Source: an uncultured Clostridia bacterium (GTDB lineage Bacteria; Bacillota; Clostridia; TANB77; CAG-508). Taken from it: 64,000 nt of DNA. Below the pieces are notes generated by a model that worked only from the letters and a program-made list of their open reading frames with translations, was not told the origin of the DNA and made no database searches. This document shows positions 58,166-64,000 of the stretch, in pieces. Both the position numbers and the translations under genes were made by a program. The stretch covers positions 16,591 through 80,590 of the forward strand of contig CANRHQ010000001.1 in NCBI GenBank assembly GCA_947630445.1, read 5' to 3'. The stretch's first letter is position 1. Every line of letters starts with the position of its first letter.

Positions 58166-58336
58166 CACTATTTCAATATCATCAAGTTTACAACTTACAT
58201 TTGTTGTTACATCATCGCTGTCCATATTTTCAAAACGAACTCCTTCATTTGAACAACTTAAGTATGTTATTTTATCGTATATTTTGTCCTTCGTTTTAAT
58301 CATTAAATTTTTTATTGGCTTTGGTTTGTACATCAT
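58145..58336 (-). CDS. small phage ORF (candidate immunity or accessory)
   Basis: 63 aa; directly after the 61-aa ORF and before the terminator. Confidence 0.3.
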   Translation of the reverse strand: MMYKPKPIKNLMIKTKDKIYDKITYLSCSNEGVRFENMDSDDVTTNVSCKLDDIEIVVAKDAK

Positions 58337-58516
58337 TTACTTCACCACCTTTGCAATCTTCTTGTCAATCATTCTCTTTGCTCTATCTTCAGTTATGTCC
58401 TTGGGAACTTCTAAAATTTTACCGAAATTTCTAGCAAGAGTTCCTGTTTTTTCATCTATGTAAGTATCAACTATTTGAATTTTATAAGACTTTACTTTTT
58501 TATCTTCTTCCATAAA
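58337..58516 (-). CDS. small phage ORF (candidate immunity protein); start refined to ATG (MEEDKK)
   Basis: RBS aagggagg precedes the ATG at 58516. Confidence 0.3.
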   Translation of the reverse strand, partial: FMEEDKKVKSYKIQIVDTYIDEKTGTLARNFGKILEVPKDITEDRAKRMIDKKIAKVVK

Positions 58517-58733
58517 CAACACCTCCCTTTTGACATAGAAAAAAAGAGTCCTCTTTTACTGAGACTCCGTTAATTTTCTAATAAAAATTTAAATTATAAA
58601 AAAATTTAAAAATCTGTAATAATTTCATTATTTTTGCATAAACTATTGATTATTAACCTAATTTATTGTATAATTAAGTTAATAATATATTATTAGAAGG
58701 TCGATTGAGAACCTCTAGGTTCACAGTTGACCT

Positions 58734-60380
58734 TCACCTTTTTACTCTTTTATAAGCATTTATTATATTTTTTTCTTGTACTAGAAATATTTTATCAACC
58801 CACATATAATGTTTTGAATTATATATATTTTCAATTTGTCTTTGTGCTTCTTTTATGTCGAATTTTGCATTGCTTATATCTATAACAAAATTATCAGATT
58901 GCTTTTGTTTTCCCTTTAAGTTTCCTTGTATTGTATATTTACCTCCACCAGTTATTTCTTTTAAGTCAAATTTTTCACCATTGATGATGTAATCTGGCGT
59001 TTTTATGCCAAACGGTTGATTTACTCTTGGAATAATATTTACTTTTCCACCAATTGCTTCTCCTAATAATCCGGCAATCTCTATTTCTTTTTGTGTTGGC
59101 TTAGATACTACATGTTTTCCATCGACATCGTGTTTTATTCCATCTTCACTAATGAAATACTTTTGCCTCTTTATTTGATATTTCTTTTTACTCATTAACT
59201 GATCTGTTATTTCTGTATAATGCAAGTCTTCTTTTACCTCTTTATTTAATTTTTGTAAAATTATATCACTTTTTCTAAATTTTTCAATACCATTTGAATC
59301 ATAAAATGTTTCATTTGAATTATCTTTAAATCTTTTCTTGTATTCTTGCCATTCTATCCTTTTATCGTGATATTTTTCACAATTAGCATCATCAATTGAC
59401 CCTAATTCTAATCTTCTATATTTTTCTATATTTCTATTTATGTATTTTAGCTTTTGGTCTTTCCTATAATTTTGTTTTTTAATTTCTATTTCTTCTTTTG
59501 TAGGAGGAGTTGGCTCTGAATTAATTCCAGGAAAATAAGTAGTTGCTTTATCTTTACAATTAGGATGAAACAAACCTCCTGCTATTGCTGTACTTAGCAG
59601 TGGATATCCTGTTTTTTCACTTTCTTTTGCAGTTCCTGAACTCCAAACATCATCTATAAATGCCCTTCCTTGAAATGGTGTACAAAATGGGCAACCCCCG
59701 CCTCTACTGTGTACTATAACTGTGTGTATTCCCCATTCATCCCTTTTCGCACCTTCTCCTTGCAAATATGCTCTTTTATTTGCAGTTTGTATTGCCATTG
59801 CCGCATACGATGCTATGTTTACTCTTGCTCCATTTGAATATTGTATAGAATTTATTCCTGCAGATAGAAAATCTCTTGTTGCCATATCTACAGCTTGTTC
59901 TGGTGTTCCCACCCCTGTGTTTGAATATACCTGCGCATTAAATATTATTTTTCTATATTGATCATTCGTATATCTAAGTATTGAAGAACTTGCTTTACTT
60001 ATTCCTGTTTGTGCTTCAGTAATTAGAGCCTTTAATTTTCTATCATTTATTTTAAAAAATGATGATTTTGTTTTTCTTGATTTCTCTTTTTTTAAATTTT
60101 CTAAAATTAATGCTTCCTGTTTAGCCTGTCCACTTTCATATGCTTTTTTTAGCACATCCTCAATATCCTTATCTATTGTTGAAAAATACTTTTTAAATAA
60201 CTTAGGATTTTGTTTTTTAAATTCTTTTAATGAATTTAACTGTTCCGCTTGCCACATACTCCAATTAAATCCTTCTTTTCGTTCTTCCTTTATATGTCTA
60301 GATAAGTTTCTTTTCATGGATGCTATAAGATCTTCTTCTATTTTCTGAAATGCTCTTACAATATCGTATTCATTAGCCAT
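58734..60380 (-). CDS. phage MuF-like minor head protein with a C-terminal extension carrying a candidate PD-(D/E)xK nuclease toxin domain
   Basis: 548 aa; MuF core with GGGCPFCTPFQG...GGLFHPNCKDKATTYF (HPNCxC motif); the C-terminal ~150 aa contains ...KTPDYIINGEKFDLKEITG (PD ... D-x-K). Confidence 0.65.
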   Translation of the reverse strand: MANEYDIVRAFQKIEEDLIASMKRNLSRHIKEERKEGFNWSMWQAEQLNSLKEFKKQNPKLFKKYFSTIDKDIEDVLKKAYESGQAKQEALILENLKKEKSRKTKSSFFKINDRKLKALITEAQTGISKASSSILRYTNDQYRKIIFNAQVYSNTGVGTPEQAVDMATRDFLSAGINSIQYSNGARVNIASYAAMAIQTANKRAYLQGEGAKRDEWGIHTVIVHSRGGGCPFCTPFQGRAFIDDVWSSGTAKESEKTGYPLLSTAIAGGLFHPNCKDKATTYFPGINSEPTPPTKEEIEIKKQNYRKDQKLKYINRNIEKYRRLELGSIDDANCEKYHDKRIEWQEYKKRFKDNSNETFYDSNGIEKFRKSDIILQKLNKEVKEDLHYTEITDQLMSKKKYQIKRQKYFISEDGIKHDVDGKHVVSKPTQKEIEIAGLLGEAIGGKVNIIPRVNQPFGIKTPDYIINGEKFDLKEITGGGKYTIQGNLKGKQKQSDNFVIDISNAKFDIKEAQRQIENIYNSKHYMWVDKIFLVQEKNIINAYKRVKR

Positions 60381-60492
60381 AATTACTCCTTTTTAAGTTG
60401 TATAACAGTTATATCCTAATTTATCCCATGCTTCTATTGCTCTGTTCATTTCATTTTTCGTTTTAAATTCATCTTTTCGCATTTCAAAATAA

Positions 60493-62154
60493 TTATTTTT
60501 TTGTAGTGCTAATATCATTGTTTTGTCCTTGAAGTGAATTTTTATTTGATTTATCAATTTTATTGCTCTCATTTTGTTCATTAGATATAGATGTCCCTGG
60601 ATTAACACTCTGACTTTCATCTAAAATCTCCTTTCCAACAAAAGGTTCATCGCCTATTTCTACTATTCCTTGTTCTGCTTTTAATCTTGCAACTTCATCT
60701 GTTTTCCATTTTTTGTCTTTGCTATCTCCATAAAGTTCTTCAACACTTGCTTCTATACTCATTACGCCTTGTGTCTTTCCTTTTCCAACTGTTTCCACTT
60801 GTGCTTCAAAACTTGGATTTGCATATTCTCCAAATTTTGCATTTGCCTCTACTTCTCTTAATGCTTCTTTTCTATTCATAGTATCTAATGCTTTAAAAGT
60901 AATATTTACAACATTTGAAATAGTATTTTGTATTGAAGATACAATTATTCCTCTTGTGTGAAGCGTTGTTTTTTCCTTTTCTCTCTGAGCTTCTGCATTA
61001 TCCAATTTTTTAGTATCTATTCCTAGGGTTGCAGGACTTATAATTCCTTGCAATGCTAAATCAAGCGCATTTATATAAGTGCTTTCATAACTGTTGATTT
61101 TTATGTCAGGTTGTTCTACATGTATTTTATTTTTTCCATCTTCATTCTCATCATCATTAATTTCTATAAATTGATTGTCAAAAGAGTTATGTTTCATTAG
61201 TTTTCCTGTTTTAGGATCTCTTGGTATTAAAGATACTGGTATATATTTTGTTGCCCTGCCCATTCTTATAGCTTCCATCCATTGAGACCATGCCTCATCT
61301 AAAGAATCAAATGCATCTGTTTTTTTATCGTATATTGCATCTTCTTCGATTTTAAATAAACATGCCATCATAAAATCACCAGGCTTAATGATATTTCCAT
61401 CTTTATCTACTTCTGCTCCTGCAAACTTTAGATTCACTAAATCCGCTGTTTGAGCAATTGTGCCTATTGGTACTTCTTTATTATTTGAACAATCAATCAA
61501 CTTATACAAAATATATCCAAAACCATATATCTCTTTTAAAGTAAAGTGTTTATCTTTTTCATCTATATTAGTTTTAAATATAATTTCTCTTATTCTATTA
61601 CGCTTTTTTATAACTTCAATTCTATCTTTTGGATAATATTCGATAATTGGGTATTTGCTAATATCTTTGTCAAATGAAATCTTAAAAGCGCCTTTGCCTT
61701 TGTATAAGGACTCCTTTAATCCATCTTTCAGTAATTCTTTAAATTTATTATCTTTTTCAATTTCTTCCCATTCTGATTTATCATTGACATTATCATCTGC
61801 AAGCTCAATTCCATTGAAGTCTTCCATTACTATTCGTGTTAAGACATCTACTATCAACGATGGTACTCCAGTATGTATTTTTCTCATCCTTAAATCAGCT
61901 GTTTGTGTTGCTCCCCAAAAAGTATCTTCTTTATAAGGCAATTGTGAATATAATTCTGATAATTCATGGCTGTCTCCTCTATACCAGATAGTATTTTTTA
62001 TTACTTTTGCTTCATCATCTAACCCCTCTGAAATATTAATTTGCAAAGCCTGTGCTTTATCAATTCTTAAAAAACTTCTCATTCTGGATATTATGCCCTC
62101 CTTTATATTTTGCAAAAACTTCATATCAAGCAGCCTCCTTATCATCATCTGCAT
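60493..62154 (-). CDS. phage portal protein (SPP1 gp6-like)
   Basis: 553 aa; position between terL and MuF; the last ~45 aa are low-complexity. Confidence 0.8.
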   Translation of the reverse strand: MQMMIRRLLDMKFLQNIKEGIISRMRSFLRIDKAQALQINISEGLDDEAKVIKNTIWYRGDSHELSELYSQLPYKEDTFWGATQTADLRMRKIHTGVPSLIVDVLTRIVMEDFNGIELADDNVNDKSEWEEIEKDNKFKELLKDGLKESLYKGKGAFKISFDKDISKYPIIEYYPKDRIEVIKKRNRIREIIFKTNIDEKDKHFTLKEIYGFGYILYKLIDCSNNKEVPIGTIAQTADLVNLKFAGAEVDKDGNIIKPGDFMMACLFKIEEDAIYDKKTDAFDSLDEAWSQWMEAIRMGRATKYIPVSLIPRDPKTGKLMKHNSFDNQFIEINDDENEDGKNKIHVEQPDIKINSYESTYINALDLALQGIISPATLGIDTKKLDNAEAQREKEKTTLHTRGIIVSSIQNTISNVVNITFKALDTMNRKEALREVEANAKFGEYANPSFEAQVETVGKGKTQGVMSIEASVEELYGDSKDKKWKTDEVARLKAEQGIVEIGDEPFVGKEILDESQSVNPGTSISNEQNESNKIDKSNKNSLQGQNNDISTTKK

Positions 62155-63505
62155 CTTTTATTAATTGCTTAATTATTTCCCAATTTCCTATCTTCTTTTT
62201 ATGTGGTAACCAAGCATATTGACATCCTTGTATGCTATGATCATTTTTGTCTTCAAGTGTTCCTTCTTCTGTATAGCTGTAAACATCGCATTCTTCTAAA
62301 TATGCAGTACATGTATCTACAATTAAAAAGTCTCCTGTTTTTAACCAACTTTGTTCAAGCTGAACCCTTGTAACATTTTTTGTTTTCTTCCAAGCTGGTA
62401 CAAAATTATAAATACATCCAACATCTCTTTTAAATTTTCTAGCTTCTTCTATTGTTCCGCTATCAGCAGAGTCAATAAAGATATTAGGGGCAAATCCCCA
62501 TTTTACTTTACATTTTTCAGCAAATGCAACTATTTTTGGTATTACATCAGATGGTGCAAATGGTGTTGTTGCATCTTTGTTGTTATATGTTTCTTCTTCT
62601 AGCAAAATACATTTTCTATTTGCCGTTATTCCTATAAATTCAATAGTTAATTTATCATGAGATTTTCTTGAATAGGATGTATCTACACCAATCGAATAAT
62701 GAATAAAATCATGTTGCTTTGCTTCTACTTCGTTTATAATATTTGCAGCTGTAATATTGAATACTAAGCCTGTTGCTTTCCCCCTTAGTCCTTGTATTTT
62801 ATTTTTGTATAGTTTCGTTCCTGGAGGAGCGACACTTTTTTTCTTTTCAATATCTTCTTCTGTTAGGCTTGCATTATCTCTAAACGTAAAAAACCAATAT
62901 CTAGCATTTTTTAAAGGAGCTACTTTAAGTAACTCCTTCATTATTTCATCTGGTACATCTTTTTCATACTTTTTATATGGCCTTGATTTATTTATTAATT
63001 CACTATACACTGTTAAATTTGGATCATCTGGATTTAATGTAGCACATAAATAATCATTTCTTGGAAGAACTTCTCTTACGAAATCTATATCTGCCGTATT
63101 TATTTCATCTATGTATACACATCCATATTGACCACCTAAAGCATTCTCCCATTTATCTTTTGTGTCATAACCTAATATGTATATTATCTTGCCTTCAAAC
63201 TTTATGTGTGGGAATTTATTATCTTTATCACCATTTCCACAATATGTTGCTCCTGGTTGTAAATCTAATATTCCATTTTCTGAGTTGATAATATTTTTCT
63301 CAGCAGTTCCTACAGTTCTACTTGCTATTATGTGTTGCTTTTTTGTTGATTCTGATACCATTCTCATAAACTTAATCCCTGCTGCTACTGTGGTCTTACC
63401 ACTTGCCGTGGTACCCTCTAAAATATCTATATCTACATTTTTTGTAGTATTACAAAAGTCAATATATTTAGGCGATAATACAAATTCTAATTCATTGTCA
63501 TTCAC
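62126..63505 (-). CDS. phage terminase large subunit
   Basis: 459 aa; Walker A GTTASGKTT; Walker B ..CVYIDEI..; C-terminal RNase-H-like nuclease region. Confidence 0.9.
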   Translation of the reverse strand: MNDNELEFVLSPKYIDFCNTTKNVDIDILEGTTASGKTTVAAGIKFMRMVSESTKKQHIIASRTVGTAEKNIINSENGILDLQPGATYCGNGDKDNKFPHIKFEGKIIYILGYDTKDKWENALGGQYGCVYIDEINTADIDFVREVLPRNDYLCATLNPDDPNLTVYSELINKSRPYKKYEKDVPDEIMKELLKVAPLKNARYWFFTFRDNASLTEEDIEKKKSVAPPGTKLYKNKIQGLRGKATGLVFNITAANIINEVEAKQHDFIHYSIGVDTSYSRKSHDKLTIEFIGITANRKCILLEEETYNNKDATTPFAPSDVIPKIVAFAEKCKVKWGFAPNIFIDSADSGTIEEARKFKRDVGCIYNFVPAWKKTKNVTRVQLEQSWLKTGDFLIVDTCTAYLEECDVYSYTEEGTLEDKNDHSIQGCQYAWLPHKKKIGNWEIIKQLIKDADDDKEAA

Positions 63506-64000
63506 TTAGCCCCTCACCGCCAAGCTGTTTGCAAATATCTGCAAACTTTTTAGATGGTTCAAGTTCCACTTTTGATTTATCAACAAACATTCCTAAATGT
63601 TTTCCTAAAAGTTCTAGAGCCTTTATCTTATCAGCTAGTTTTATTTCTCTTTCTATGCCATCTCCATTCTGCATTGGTATGGTTTTTACTTTAACGGATT
63701 GAATTATTGCTAAGTCATCTTCAGATGCATCAACCCTTAAAGTTGCATCTCTAAAATTTATTACATCAGATGCTTTACTAAAAGCAATTTTTGCTAATTC
63801 TCTTACTACTCTATCAGCATTTACACCTGTTCTTTTTGAGCGTTCTGCTATTGCCTTATCTATTTCATTTTTAATGTTGGGTTTTGCTAGGTTTTCACAT
63901 CCCATGTCTTTCGCTGTATCAGGACTATAACCCGCTCTTATTGCTGCTTGTGTAGCATTTAAGTCAATAAGATATTCTTCAACAAATCTTTTCTGTTTTC
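63498..64000 (-). CDS. phage terminase small subunit (partial; N-terminus lies beyond the window end)
   Basis: In-frame extension upstream of MGCE reads KQKRFVEEYLIDLNATQAAIRAGYSPDTAKD, the HTH of Terminase_2-family small subunits; no start codon is found before position 64000. Confidence 0.8.
   Translation of the reverse strand, partial: KQKRFVEEYLIDLNATQAAIRAGYSPDTAKDMGCENLAKPNIKNEIDKAIAERSKRTGVNADRVVRELAKIAFSKASDVINFRDATLRVDASEDDLAIIQSVKVKTIPMQNGDGIEREIKLADKIKALELLGKHLGMFVDKSKVELEPSKKFADICKQLGGEGLSE

Larger units (their letters stand above)
43622..64000 (-). mobile_element. prophage late region (siphovirus-type): terS-terL-portal-MuF-scaffold-capsid-connectors-major tail-G/T-tape measure-tail/receptor proteins-holin-endolysin; continues beyond the window end
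   Basis: Contiguous same-strand block of recognisable phage morphogenesis and lysis genes (details in individual features). Confidence 0.85.

Noticed and set aside
58523-58733. Possible terminator ggagtctcagtaaaagaggactcttttttt downstream of the MuF gene
   Set aside because: The stem is imperfect (a bulge), and it lies about 150 nt after the stop codon. It is kept only as context for the toxin/immunity module.

Overview
This 64-kb window comes from a very AT-rich (~26-28% GC) endospore-forming Firmicute, probably a member of the Clostridia. I could not name the species from sequence alone. Most genes are on the minus strand.

**1-3.3 kb.** Start of the S10 ribosomal-protein operon (rpsJ-rplC-rplD-rplW-rplB), driven by a consensus sigma-A promoter with an unusually GC-rich leader of about 210 nt.

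**3.3-8.1 kb.** Spore photoproduct lyase (splB); a hicA-hicB toxin-antitoxin cassette flanked by 25-26-bp direct repeats that are part of hairpins; thyA-folA; a degenerate receiver-like protein; a PflX-type radical SAM protein.

**8.1-12.1 kb.** A sporulation-type M50 (SpoIVFB-like) plus M23 (SpoIVFA-like) protease pair; a small tail-anchored protein; a sortase translationally coupled to a secreted CnaB-domain (and possibly thioester-domain) protein that ends in LPVTGM with no membrane-anchor tail.

**12.2-15.4 kb.** An HD-GYP phosphodiesterase; a truncated dcw cluster (mraZ-rsmH-ftsL only), with MraZ-box repeats upstream and a 15-bp tandem repeat between mraZ and rsmH.

**15.4-22.1 kb.** nifS, a patatin-like lipase, a WG-repeat protein, asnS.

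**20.7-31.7 kb.** rpoB-rpoC stand apart from their usual ribosomal-protein neighbours. They are flanked on both sides by paralogous genes with a non-canonical type-IV-pilin-like N-terminus ('GITLIALVVTI...'). One copy is intact. The other is split by a frameshift at a 7-nt homopolymer.

**31.7-43.6 kb.** A putative small RNA, the split transketolase genes, apt, a csoR-tcdA-copZ-copA copper operon with a CsoR-box promoter, a tocopherol-cyclase-like protein, hsp20, an M15 peptidase, and a YjbR-EVE fusion protein.

**43.6-64 kb.** The late arm of a siphovirus-type prophage, from terS to endolysin. Notable features:
- A MuF-type minor head protein carries a candidate C-terminal PD-(D/E)xK toxin domain, followed by two tiny ORFs.
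- The tape-measure gene is broken by a frameshift at a T6/A6 run.
- The G/T tail-chaperone ORFs overlap.
- An unannotated Com-like zinc-ribbon ORF lies between the chaperones and the tape-measure gene.
- A TcdE-like holin and an amidase endolysin form the lysis cassette.

No rRNA, tRNA or CRISPR features were recognised.
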